Shown piece by piece: positions 42,756 to 53,502 of a DNA stretch of 64,000 nt. The translations under genes and the position numbers were made by a program. The notes below the pieces were generated by a model, which was given only the letters and a program-made list of their open reading frames with translations, was not told the origin of the DNA and searched no databases. Position 1 is the first letter of the stretch. Every line of letters starts with the position of its first letter. Source of the stretch: a virus (lineage: Duplodnaviria > Caudoviricetes); the IMG/VR virus record IMGVR_UViG_2974586258_000001, positions 58,964-122,963 of that record; one strand, given 5' to 3'.

Positions 42756-42987
42756 ACTAAAACCTTGCGTAAAATGTGGTAGTTACAACCTAGAAGCAGA
42801 TTCTACAGGTTGTCTTGAAATAAGAGGTATTTGTTATCAGAGTGGTTGGGTATTATGTAAAGATTGTGGTAACGAAATTTGCGTAGAGTTTGATGACAGT
42901 GGAAGTAATTTGATAGAGTGGCAAGACATGCTTGATATATGGAATGCCGGAGTTGTTTATGAAGGAGATATTTCATGTGACAAATAA
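42730..42987 (+). CDS. Lar-like Zn-finger protein
   Basis: LKPC..CGS ... V.C..CG ... WN. Confidence 0.5.
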   Translation: MSKDAEIYKLKPCVKCGSYNLEADSTGCLEIRGICYQSGWVLCKDCGNEICVEFDDSGSNLIEWQDMLDIWNAGVVYEGDISCDK

Positions 42988-43193
42988 GAAATACTACGCA
43001 CAACGAGGGCAGTATTTGGTCGTGATTGATGCATTAGGTAATAGACTGGTAGAAGTCATCCTGAAACACAATAAGTGTAGAAAACAATTTGACACGGATT
43101 TGGTTTTGTTGTATGATGTACCAATGGAAATTATAAACAATGTTCAGATTTATCTGGATGGTGTTAGAATTAGATAATAAATAAGGAGAATAA

Positions 43194-43904
43194 ATGAAAG
43201 GTATTAGTATTAAACTTGTAGACCACATGGGAGATGACTTTCGAGTGTTTGAGGCAGCTAAAGCAACTCTTGGCGGTAGTGAAGAATCTCAATTTAAACG
43301 TGGTGAGACTGACCCAACCCGGTTGATTAACTTCCTTGCTCGTGAGAAACATGTAACACCATTTCGTCACCCACAAGTAACGTTTGAGTGTGAAGCACCA
43401 ATTGCAATTGCTCGTCAACTTGGTAAACATCAGTCTGGGTTTTCATGGAATGAACGGTCTATGCGGTACAAAGATTCTGTCATTGATATTTTTGTTCCAG
43501 ACATGTTCCGTGGACGTCCTGATAAATTGCATGATGGTTCTACTGAGGTGGATGTAAGTGAAAAATATGCATGGGAGACATATAACACCTATGAGGACGA
43601 TTATACGAATATCACTGTGGCTGAAACTTACAATCTTGCAGTTGAGCAATCCGTAACTTTTTATGAGGCCCTTGTTGAAGCTGGACTTGCTCCTGAACAA
43701 GCCCGATTTATCCTTCCACAAGGTATGATTACACGGTGGGTATGGACAGGTTCACTTTATGGGTGGTATAGTGTTTACAAACAACGCTCTAGTGAACACG
43801 CACAATACGAAGTTCGTGAATTTGCTCGACAACTAGATGATCATATGTCAAAATTATTCCCAATTGCTTGGCAAGCACTTAAAGATTCAGATAATATTAA
43901 ATAA
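43194..43904 (+). CDS. thyX: flavin-dependent thymidylate synthase
   Basis: H.TPF.H, ARQ..KH...FSWNE.S.RY, EQAR..LP, R...HAQ.E. Confidence 0.92.
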   Translation: MKGISIKLVDHMGDDFRVFEAAKATLGGSEESQFKRGETDPTRLINFLAREKHVTPFRHPQVTFECEAPIAIARQLGKHQSGFSWNERSMRYKDSVIDIFVPDMFRGRPDKLHDGSTEVDVSEKYAWETYNTYEDDYTNITVAETYNLAVEQSVTFYEALVEAGLAPEQARFILPQGMITRWVWTGSLYGWYSVYKQRSSEHAQYEVREFARQLDDHMSKLFPIAWQALKDSDNIK

Positions 43905-44360
43905 GGAGAAATAGTATGGGTGTTGATTATAATGGTGTAGGTGGTATTGGTGTTCGTCTTAGTCCTGAAATGGTAAAAACTGCAATCGAAAAGAATATGT
44001 TTACAGAAGAAGATTGGGAAGAAGATCCTATTGCGAGTGTAGAAGTTTTTCAGATTCTATATGCACAAGCTGGAAGTGCATATTCTGGAAAAGAATGGTT
44101 TTATTTATTCGTGGACGGAAATAACCTAGAGGAAATTAATAATAACAGTAAAGATTTCCTAGATAAAGTTAATAAGATGTTTGATTTGAAGTATACAGAA
44201 AAAGATTTGAAAGTTATTAGTGATTTGTACATTTGGTAATATAAAATATCTATAAAGAGAACTTGATTTTCTAATTTAAATCAGTATAATCGTACAAACA
44301 AAATAACAAAAGGCATTAATCATAAGAGCTGTAGATTAATGCCTTAACAAGGAGAGATTA

Positions 44361-44933
44361 ATGATTAAAGAAAATAACAAAGTAATTAATAAATCACTGA
44401 CTACTGTATCACCAGAAGATCGTTTTCAAAGTGTCACACTTGATTTTCTTCGTTCACTTCCTGAACTTGATGTAGATAACAATAAAAATCATTTGATGGC
44501 AGCCCTCTATGCCGTAGGTTTTGATGTTGAAAAGAAAATTGATCGTGTAGACAATGTTAATATTCGTTATCGTCATAGTCCAATGCATGTTCGTGAAACA
44601 ACTATCTTCCAAGGTCAACTGCGAAGTGATTATCCATACAAATCAATCTATAAGAATCATGACGTACTTGATGTAAATGCTAAAGACCCTAAGACAGACA
44701 AAGAATTTGATGTTATTGTAGAAATGCTTCAAGCTGAAAGCAAGAAAATTGTAACTGATCTTCCTTTTGATGTACCCGACTATGAAGGCGTTAATGGTGT
44801 CAGTGAGAAAAACTACAATCGCAGCCAAGAAGAGAAATCACGATATAAAATTATCAACCCGCAAGATTTGAGTCTGAGTGAGTTGATGAAAAAAGATGAA
44901 CTTTTTGAATCACCTTTTGAAGAGGATAAGTAA
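44361..44933 (+). CDS. hypothetical protein with its own promoter
   Basis: 190 aa; TTGATT...TATAAT promoter and a 12-bp leader hairpin. Confidence 0.65.
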   Translation: MIKENNKVINKSLTTVSPEDRFQSVTLDFLRSLPELDVDNNKNHLMAALYAVGFDVEKKIDRVDNVNIRYRHSPMHVRETTIFQGQLRSDYPYKSIYKNHDVLDVNAKDPKTDKEFDVIVEMLQAESKKIVTDLPFDVPDYEGVNGVSEKNYNRSQEEKSRYKIINPQDLSLSELMKKDELFESPFEEDK

Positions 44934-45233
44934 TATGATTTACGTAAGCTTAGTTTGTTTTGTTCTGGGTTTAATTCTCGTTTTCCGTTCGATACTCGGT
45001 TATGAGGAAATCAAAGCAGATAATATGTGGGATCGTGGATTGTTGGCCCTTCTTTGGTTGAATATTACTCTTGATTTTCTAAAAGATATTGCAAACTACA
45101 TGAGTAACTAATATGAAATGTAAATATAATGATTGTGGTTGGTGCTATTGCAAATCAGGTAAATCTAATGATGAAAATGGACAATGTAATAAACCAGAAG
45201 ATTGTGAAGAAAATAAAGAAAAGGGGACAATTA

Positions 45234-45785
45234 ATGGCTTCACCCAATAGTCGTAGGGACAAAAGCAAAGATTATTCAGATTTATATTCAACACCAGAAA
45301 TTGCATTAGATAAATTATTTGATATTGTAGATTTCAGCAAAGATAAAAAGTATTTTGAACCTTGTGCAGGTATAGGTATTGTTAGTGAGTATCTTCGTAA
45401 TAAAGGTTTGTATGTTGTAACTAATGAAATGTTTAATCATGGTTATACGACAGAATACAACGAAGATTTCTTGAACACAGATATTGAGTTTGATTATGAT
45501 GCTATTATTTCAAACCCACCATATAAATTGGCAAATGAATTTGTCAACAAAGGTTTTGAGTGTGCAAAAGAACAATACTTACTTCTTCGACTTCAATTTC
45601 TTGAAAGCAAGAAACGCTATGAACAACTATTCAGTAAAGGGCATCTGAAGAATGTTTATGTGTTTGTTAGTCGTATCAGTTGCACTGAAGGTATTGAACA
45701 AAAAGAAACAGCTAATAGTGTAACATACTGTTGGTGTCATTTTGATAGGGATTATGTGGGACAACCAACACTCCATTGGATTTAG
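45234..45785 (+). CDS. DNA amino (N6-adenine) methyltransferase
   Basis: Y.TP, EPCAG.G (motif I), NPPY (motif IV). Confidence 0.85.
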   Translation: MASPNSRRDKSKDYSDLYSTPEIALDKLFDIVDFSKDKKYFEPCAGIGIVSEYLRNKGLYVVTNEMFNHGYTTEYNEDFLNTDIEFDYDAIISNPPYKLANEFVNKGFECAKEQYLLLRLQFLESKKRYEQLFSKGHLKNVYVFVSRISCTEGIEQKETANSVTYCWCHFDRDYVGQPTLHWI

Positions 45786-46007
45786 ATAAGAGGCATAAAT
45801 GGGTAAGAAAGAAAAAGAAGAAGGAAAGATTCCAGCATGGCAAGCAAAAGGTTTTGATTCAGTCATTCACTATCGCTCTTGGCTACACTTTAACGGTCTT
45901 GTATCAGAAGAAATAATGTATGACCATGTTTACCAAGACCAATTTACTGGAAAGACAGTTAACATCGAAGATTACTGATTTAGCATAATACAAATAATAA
46001 AATTGTA

Positions 46008-48281
46008 ATGGAGGAAGAATTGATTAAGAGTGTAATCAAACGTAATGGTGAAGTTGTTGAGTTCGATCCAAACAAACTAAATAAGTGGGCTGAATGGGCC
46101 AGTGAATCTAAAGTATCTTGGTCAGAAATTGTAATGAGTGCAACTAAGAAACTATCTGATATGTGCTCCACCAAAGATATTCACAAAGCTCTTATTGATA
46201 CATGCCTTGAAAAGGCGACATACCAACACGCAGATGTTGCAGCACGACTCCTTGTTGGTGATATTTATAAAGAAGTATTTGGTGATTTTGTAGAACCTCC
46301 TTCTCTTTTTGAGTTCTATACAAAAATGGTAGAATCGGAAAAGTGGATTGACATGGAGTATGTCGAAGAAGAACTTGATGAGATTGACTCTTTTGTTATC
46401 CATAATAAAGATTTCGGATACCAATACTCAAGCCTTCGTCAAATGTGTGACAAATATATGCTTAAAAACAAGCATACTGGACAACTGTTTGAATCGCCCC
46501 AGTTTATGTATGTGGGTATTGCTCTGGCTGCTATGCAGAATCAACCACAAGAGCGGAGAGTTGAAGACGTAATCAAACTGTACACCTATCTGTCAGATTT
46601 GAAGATTAATGTCCCAACGCCTACACTTTCTGGTATGAGAACCAAGTTTAAAGGCTATGCAAGTTGCTGTTTGTTTACTACGCAAGATACAGCAGAGAGT
46701 ATTGAAGTAGGCAGCCACGTTGCTTATATGATGACTTGTGCTTCAGCGGGGATTGGTGGTTATATGCATACTCGTTCAGTAAAAGACCCTGTTCGTGGTG
46801 GTGACATTGTACACTATGGTAAACTACCTTACCTTCGTTATTACGAAAGTGCTGTCAAATCTACAAAGCAAGCAGTACGTGGCGGAAGTGCAACAATGCA
46901 CATTAATATTCTAGACCCTGAAATTGAAGATTTGATTCGTCTAAAACATCCGACTACACCGACACAAAAGCAGATTCGTGGTTTGGATTATAGTAATAGT
47001 ATGAATAAATTGTTTATTCAGAAAGTTGCCAAGAATGAGCAGTGGATGCTGATTAGTCCATATTACGCTCAAGATTTGTATGATAAGTTTTATAGTTCAG
47101 ATTATGAAGGTTTTGTTGAACTATATGATAAATATGACAAATCTGATATTAAAGAAAAGAAGTATATCAATGCTCGTGAATTGGCAATTGATATTCAAAA
47201 GAACTGGCGTGAATCTGGTAGAACATACAAGACCTTTATTGACGAGATTAATCGACATACTCCATTTAAAGAGCCAATCTACAGCTCAAATTTATGTCAA
47301 GAGATCACACTACCTACAAAAGGATTCAATAGCATTGTAGATTTGTATGGAACAGATGGGGACGCTGGTGAAGTTGCATTGTGTTTCATTGGGGCAATTG
47401 TAGCAGGACGTGTTACACCAGAAGAGTATGAAGATGTTGCTTATTATACAACCTTACTAATTGATAACACTATTGATTTGATGGAATACCCATTCCCTCA
47501 AATGGAAGTCACGGCAAAAGCACGTAGAAGTATCGGTGTTGGTATTGTTAACCTAGCTAATTATTTGGCATCGCAGAATGCAGGGTATACAAACAAGAAA
47601 GGTAAGCGTCTAATCCACGAACTTGCTGAAATGCACAGCTACTACATGCACAAAGCTTCTCTTCGTCTTGCAAAGGAGAAAGTTAATGCAGAGTGGATTG
47701 ATAAAACTAAGTACCCAGAAGGTTGGTTGCCTATTGACACATACAATAAAAATGTAGATGATGTTGTTGATAGTTCATTGGTGTTTGATTGGGAACAATT
47801 GCGCCAAGAGATTATTGAACAAGGTGGTTTGCGTAATAGCGTTCTTGAAGCACACATGCCCGGAGAAAGCAGTTCTCTAGCATCAAACACAACTAATGGT
47901 CTGTATCCAATTCGTAGCGAGTTGATTATTAAATCGTCTGACATCAACCAAATTCCAGTATTTGTGCCAGACTATGATAATTTGATTACACGATATAGTT
48001 ACGAGAAATGTTGGGATGTTCCGTTTAAAGATATGGTGGATATGTACGCAATTGTGCAGAAATTCTGTGGGCAAAGTATTAGCGCTGACTTTTATTTCGA
48101 TACATCTAAATATGAAGGGGGTAAAATTGGCGTAAGGGAAGACCTTGGGAACCTTATTTACATGTGTAAGATGGGATTAAAGACGCACTATTATTCAAAT
48201 ACCAAGTCAAAATCAGATGAAGAAATTGAGCAGATTACTTCGCAAGATTCTGGTTGTGCTAGTGGTGGATGCAGTCTGTAA
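46008..48281 (+). CDS. nrdA: ribonucleotide reductase class Ia alpha subunit
   Basis: ATP cone IKRNG, PTP, SCC, SNLCQE, LKTHYY, C-terminal C.SG.C. Confidence 0.96.
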   Translation: MEEELIKSVIKRNGEVVEFDPNKLNKWAEWASESKVSWSEIVMSATKKLSDMCSTKDIHKALIDTCLEKATYQHADVAARLLVGDIYKEVFGDFVEPPSLFEFYTKMVESEKWIDMEYVEEELDEIDSFVIHNKDFGYQYSSLRQMCDKYMLKNKHTGQLFESPQFMYVGIALAAMQNQPQERRVEDVIKLYTYLSDLKINVPTPTLSGMRTKFKGYASCCLFTTQDTAESIEVGSHVAYMMTCASAGIGGYMHTRSVKDPVRGGDIVHYGKLPYLRYYESAVKSTKQAVRGGSATMHINILDPEIEDLIRLKHPTTPTQKQIRGLDYSNSMNKLFIQKVAKNEQWMLISPYYAQDLYDKFYSSDYEGFVELYDKYDKSDIKEKKYINARELAIDIQKNWRESGRTYKTFIDEINRHTPFKEPIYSSNLCQEITLPTKGFNSIVDLYGTDGDAGEVALCFIGAIVAGRVTPEEYEDVAYYTTLLIDNTIDLMEYPFPQMEVTAKARRSIGVGIVNLANYLASQNAGYTNKKGKRLIHELAEMHSYYMHKASLRLAKEKVNAEWIDKTKYPEGWLPIDTYNKNVDDVVDSSLVFDWEQLRQEIIEQGGLRNSVLEAHMPGESSSLASNTTNGLYPIRSELIIKSSDINQIPVFVPDYDNLITRYSYEKCWDVPFKDMVDMYAIVQKFCGQSISADFYFDTSKYEGGKIGVREDLGNLIYMCKMGLKTHYYSNTKSKSDEEIEQITSQDSGCASGGCSL

Positions 48282-48302
48282 TAACTGAAATTTAAGCAAT
48301 TT

Positions 48303-48367
48303 GGGCTTGTAACGAGCCCACTTTATTATGGATTTGTATTGACATCTTCAAAATAAGGCAGTACAAT
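48303..48367 (+). promoter_or_regulatory. nrdA terminator followed by a sigma70 promoter for the endonuclease
   Basis: Hairpin GGGCTTG-TAA-CGAGCCC; TTGACA(48339)-17-TACAAT. Confidence 0.7.
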
Positions 48368-48398
48368 GTAAGTTCATAGTAAAAGGAGGCAGATTTAA

Positions 48399-49397
48399 TT
48401 GGTTGAAAACAAAAATAAAAGAGAAAAACCAGAAGATCTTATAGGCTGGAAAAGCCTTGACGGAAGGTTAGAAGTTGTAGGAATTCATGGCAAGCAAGGA
48501 ACAAATGCACTATTTAAAGTAACTTGCACTGAGTGCTCTAAAGATAAAGAGCTATTTCCAGACGGATATTTTATTATTACAAAACGGGATTTAGTTAAAG
48601 GTAAAAAACCTTGTGGTTGCTCTAAGAAACCTGAATGGGAAGATTGGCAGTATTTGATTCTTGCTCGTAGAGCGGGAGAAAAGAAAGGTTTTATTGTCCA
48701 CGGTTTTGCTGAAGAATTTAAAAATTCATATACAAAACTAAACCTTGAATGTTTGAAAGATGGATATAAGTGGACTGCAAGTATCAATAATGTTATTAAT
48801 AAGAGGAGGGGTTGTTCTAAATGTAAAGGCATAACCTTAGCAGAACAACATAAAACCCCAGAACATATTGCATTACAGAAATGTGGTGACATCTGCAAAG
48901 AAATGAATTATGATGTTATAGGTTTTCCAGATTGTTATAAAAACAACCGTTCTCGTTTTGAATATGTCTGCAAAATTCATGGAAAACAAAATGTAAGTTA
49001 TCATAATTTTGTAAACCAAGGAACACGTTGTGGTGGTTGTGCTAAAGATTTAGGAAACGGCAACGGATACTACCCTGAAAGAAAAGATGAAATTGATTTT
49101 CTTTATGTTTTGAATTTTGATAACAAGTTTATCAAAGTAGGTAGATCTTTTGATGTTGATGAAAGAATTAAAGGGTTGCGTACGCTATCTAAAGTTCCAA
49201 AGAAAAAGATTCACAAACTTCGTATCTTTACAGCTACACACCAAGAGATTTATGACTATGAACAAGAACTACATAATGAACTTCGTGAACGTAACTTCCA
49301 ACATTATGTAGATTGGTCAACAGAGTGTTTTGAGAATGATTGTCAGTTTATTTTGAATAAACTACTTGACAATTGTGGATTAGAAGAAGTAAAATAA
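48399..49397 (+). mobile_element. homing endonuclease family copy 5, between nrdA and nrdB
   Basis: Family N- and C-terminal motifs intact. Confidence 0.82.
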
Positions 49398-49423
49398 CAT
49401 AAATTGAATAAAGGAGGAAATAT

Positions 49424-50512
49424 ATGGCAGTTTTTAATTATGAAAATACTCAACGACACGAAGGGCACTACCCCCTATTCCTTGGGCAGCAACCTGCACT
49501 TCACGATAGCATCAACACAACATATCCACAGATCTTTAAACTTTACAAGAAGCTGAAGTCTGTTGACTGGAGCGAAGATGAGGTTGACCTCCAACAATCC
49601 CGCTTCGATTTCGAGAATTGCCCCAAGAACCAATATGAAGTAATGGTTAAAACTTTGGCGTACCAATGGGAGCTTGACAGCATTGCTTCTCGTTCTATTG
49701 CACCACTTCTTGCACCATTTATTTCAAATAGCGAATATTGGGCAGCAATCTCTTATGTATCTCAAAATGAAGTACTCCATAGTTTGACGTACTCTGAGAT
49801 TGGTCGTCAGTGCTTCAAGAATCCAGAAGTGTTGTTTGCTGAAGTAGAGCGAAATGAAGTGACTGAACGTGGGTATGATTTTGGTATTGTATTTAAAGAA
49901 CTTGAACAACTCGGCGCAAAATACAATCTTGGCCTTGTAGATAAAAATGATCCAATTGTCAAAGAAACTATTGCAAAAACACTAGTAGCGTTATATGCTC
50001 TTGAAGGTATTAGTTTTATGGCTTCATTTGCTTGTACATTTGCCCTTGCACAACAAGATTTGTTTATCGGTGTTGCCAAGCTAGTTCAGAAAATCATGAT
50101 TGATGAACAATACCATACTCAGCTTGATAAAATTGTGATTGATATTTTGCAAAATGGCCCTGAATGGAAACAAACCTTCAAAAATATTAAACCTTGGGCA
50201 AAAGAATATCTTGATAAAGTAGTACAACGGGAGTTAAACTGGAATGAATACTTGTTCTCCGAGGGTAGAAGCATCCTTGGACTCAATAAGCAATTACTTG
50301 ATGAATGGGTTGTTTGGTCTGCAAATCCACTGTATAGTGTATTGAATGTGCAGAATGATAATAAAATGCCAGATTCACATCCAATTCCTTGGTTGAATGG
50401 TTGGATTGATATTGATTCACATCAAGTAGCAGCCCAAGAGGCTACTATTGTCAATTATGTTTTGAATGCAACCAAAGATGACCTTGGTGATGATGAGCTA
50501 GATTTCGACTAA
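49424..50512 (+). CDS. nrdB: ribonucleotide reductase beta subunit
   Basis: W...E, D, E..H..TY, LEG..F..SF, DE..H, A.QE....Y. Confidence 0.95.
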   Translation: MAVFNYENTQRHEGHYPLFLGQQPALHDSINTTYPQIFKLYKKLKSVDWSEDEVDLQQSRFDFENCPKNQYEVMVKTLAYQWELDSIASRSIAPLLAPFISNSEYWAAISYVSQNEVLHSLTYSEIGRQCFKNPEVLFAEVERNEVTERGYDFGIVFKELEQLGAKYNLGLVDKNDPIVKETIAKTLVALYALEGISFMASFACTFALAQQDLFIGVAKLVQKIMIDEQYHTQLDKIVIDILQNGPEWKQTFKNIKPWAKEYLDKVVQRELNWNEYLFSEGRSILGLNKQLLDEWVVWSANPLYSVLNVQNDNKMPDSHPIPWLNGWIDIDSHQVAAQEATIVNYVLNATKDDLGDDELDFD

Positions 50513-50515
50513 GAC

Positions 50516-50544
50516 TTGACAAAGCACATGGAAGTGCTTATAAT
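50516..50544 (+). promoter_or_regulatory. consensus sigma70 promoter
   Basis: TTGACA-17-TATAAT; spacer holds AAGCAC-N6-GTGCTT. Confidence 0.8.
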
Positions 50545-51193
50545 TAATTTAATACTTCCAACATCAAATATTAAGAGGTTGTATTATGAAAGATAAAACA
50601 ATAACTAAAGCAGATTATGGTACTTTTATGTACGAATCAGATTGGGGAGAAGAACCTTACCCTGAACTTGTCCAAATCTGGACAGATTTAGTTGCAAAGG
50701 ATCATGATATAGACAAGAAGTGCATTAAAATTTGGTGGTGTGCTCCTGTAGCCGAATATTGCATTGATATTGACGGGAAGTGGACAGGTTATTTTGAAGT
50801 CGATAACTATTTCCGTGGTGGGCATTGGAGTGGTTGGGATAAATTTGAAAACGGGAAAGGAGAAAATTATGAGTACATATAAAGTAAAAGAAGTTCAGCA
50901 ATGGGACACCTTAGTGAAAACCAAAGAAGGTAACTGGATTCCTGCCAGACCTGTAAACCACAAAGTCCGTAGTTTTTCTGAAAAACTAAAAGAATCATGG
51001 TTAGTTTTCATAGGAAAACTGGATACTTTGAAGTGGGAAGATCAGTAGGGTAAAATTATGAAAGATAAAGAGCTGTTACAGTGGATTCACGACAGGTTCG
51101 TGATTGTTTATGAAGAAAATAAAAATGTGGATTTTCTAAGAGCCTTGCGCGCCATAATTGCTCGAACTGATGATGACAAACAAAGCTCTCTAA

Positions 51194-51574
51194 TTGGAAT
51201 TTGTGATTGTGAAAATAAACCTAAAGGGTAGCACAAGAATTGTTTTTATGTTTAATAAAGTAGTTGTAAAAATGCCAACACTTAAATCTTGGAGACTATT
51301 TCTAAATGGGTTGTTAGCAAACTTACAAGAAAGACAGTTCTCAAAAATCAACAATAAAAATCTGGCTCGTGTATTATTCTCTGATCCTATTGGGTTAGTT
51401 ATAGTGATGGAAAGACTCAAAGAGGTGAGACATCGTGGACTATTCTTTGTAGAAGTACAAAAGATATGTTGTGAATCTGATCTGCATATTGATTTTTGGA
51501 TGTCCGATTGTAAGCCAGAAAATTATGGGTACAATAACAAAGGCAAACTTGTTAAATTGGATTTTGGCAATTAA
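51194..51574 (+). CDS. miniature protein-kinase-like protein
   Basis: G.TR.V, VVK, E, VME, DCKPEN, DFG. Confidence 0.6.
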   Translation: MEFVIVKINLKGSTRIVFMFNKVVVKMPTLKSWRLFLNGLLANLQERQFSKINNKNLARVLFSDPIGLVIVMERLKEVRHRGLFFVEVQKICCESDLHIDFWMSDCKPENYGYNNKGKLVKLDFGN

Positions 51575-52120
51575 GGGAGAAATTATGAACATTAAATCCA
51601 TTACTTTAGTCCTTGAAAATTGTGAAGAAATTACTTTTAAGTATCCTTCTGAGGTTTATATGTTGGAAACTGGCGACATTAAAGAACGGTATGTTTCTTA
51701 TTGTAATACTATTTGCAAACAGAAATACGTAGATGGTTTTTCTGTTGTTTTTGGCAAGGATTGTGGGGAGCTAGGCTCATTCTCCCCTGATGAAAATGAT
51801 CTTCCACTTAAACGCCTGAATCAGTACAAAGATGTTACTGGACTCTATATTGAGTACGATAATATGGAAGAAGATTTCGTAGGTGTTTCTTGGGAAGGCG
51901 TAGACAGTGAAACTCATCATTCAGGTCAAGGTTTAGTATTGACAGAAGAAGGCAATGTGTTATACTATTCTGAAACTGGCAACTACCAATGCAAATTGAA
52001 ACAAGAACCAGAATCAGTTGATATGTGGGCCTATATGGTAAAAGATTAAGGAGAAAATTATGTTTTGAAACATGTTGGTTGGTTGACGGAATCAGCAAAG
52101 CATTTTTAGGGGGGGATTAG

Positions 52121-53134
52121 TTGACTGAAAATAAGAAGAAACAACAAAAAGCAGAAGATTTTATTGGCTGGAAAAGCCCAGATGGGAAACTGGAAGTTGT
52201 CGGAATTGCAGGTAAGCAAGGAAATATCACAACATTCAAAGTAACTTGCACTGAGTGCTCCAAAGATAAAGAGTTATTTCCAGACGGATATTTTGTTAGC
52301 ACAAAAGGTAATTTAATAAAAGGAGTAAAACCTTGCGGCTGCTCTAAAAGTCCAAAGTGGAAAGCCTTTCAATTTTTAATCCTTGCAAGCAGAGCAGGAG
52401 AAAAGAAAAATTTTATTGTTCATGGTTTTGCAGAAGAATTTAAAAATCAAAAAACAAAATTAAATCTTGAGTGCTTAAAAGATGGTAATAGGTGGACGAC
52501 AAGCATCGCCAGCATTATTAATAGTGGAAATGGGTGCCCTAAGTGTAAAGGAGTTAACTTAGCAGAACAAAAGAAAACACCAGAACACACTGCACTACAA
52601 AAATGTATTGACATCTGCAAAGAAATGAATTATGATGTTATCGGTTTTCCAGACGGCTATAAAAACGCAAAGTCGCACTTTGAATATCTCTGCCCAGTAC
52701 ATGGAAAACAGATTGTTGGTTACAATAGCTTTGTAAATAATGGCAACCGTTGCATGTATTGCTGGAAAGACAGACAAGTTGAGTTAGGTAATGGTAACGG
52801 CTATTATCCAGAAAGAAAAGATGAAATTGATTTTCTTTATGTCTTGAATTTCAATGATAAATTCATTAAAGTTGGTAGAAGTTTTGATGTTGATGAAAGG
52901 ATTAAAGGTTTAAAATATGAATCTGGTGTCCCAAAGAATAAAATCCACAAACTTAGAATGCTCACAGCAACACATCAAGAAATATATAACTATGAACAAG
53001 AACTACATAGCGAACTTCGTGAACGTAAATTTCAATATTATGTAGATTGGTCAACAGAGTGTTTTGAGATTGAATCTATGTTTATTTTAAATAAATTATT
53101 AAATATTTGCGATATTGAAGAAGTCTCGTTTTAA
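52121..53134 (+). mobile_element. homing endonuclease family copy 6
   Basis: Very similar to copy 5 in both protein and DNA. Confidence 0.82.
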
Positions 53135-53159
53135 AGGTAATACATTAATAGGAGGTAAA

Positions 53160-53426
53160 TTGAATAATATTGGGGTAAATAAGGATCTGTTTTTGATTTA
53201 TGGGGCAAGTTCATGCCCTAATTGTGAAGCAGTTAAGAAACTATTGAATTCTAAAGATATGCAATTTGTATACAAATCCTTCGGGCAGGATTATGAACTT
53301 CAAGAATTGACTGATCTTGGTGTGACCTCCAGGAGTATCCCGCAAGTATTCGTCATGGGAGAAGGAAATGTCCTGAAACATATTGGTGGTTTGATGGAAG
53401 TTGTTCGTTTTCTGAAAGATAGTTGA
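53160..53426 (+). CDS. glutaredoxin
   Basis: CPNC, RS.PQVF, HIGG. Confidence 0.88.
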   Translation: MNNIGVNKDLFLIYGASSCPNCEAVKKLLNSKDMQFVYKSFGQDYELQELTDLGVTSRSIPQVFVMGEGNVLKHIGGLMEVVRFLKDS

Positions 53427-53502
53427 TTTGAATCAATGTCAAAACATGGAAATGTGATAAAATAGATGTCCACATACAATAATAAAGAGGAAAATATTTT
53501 AG

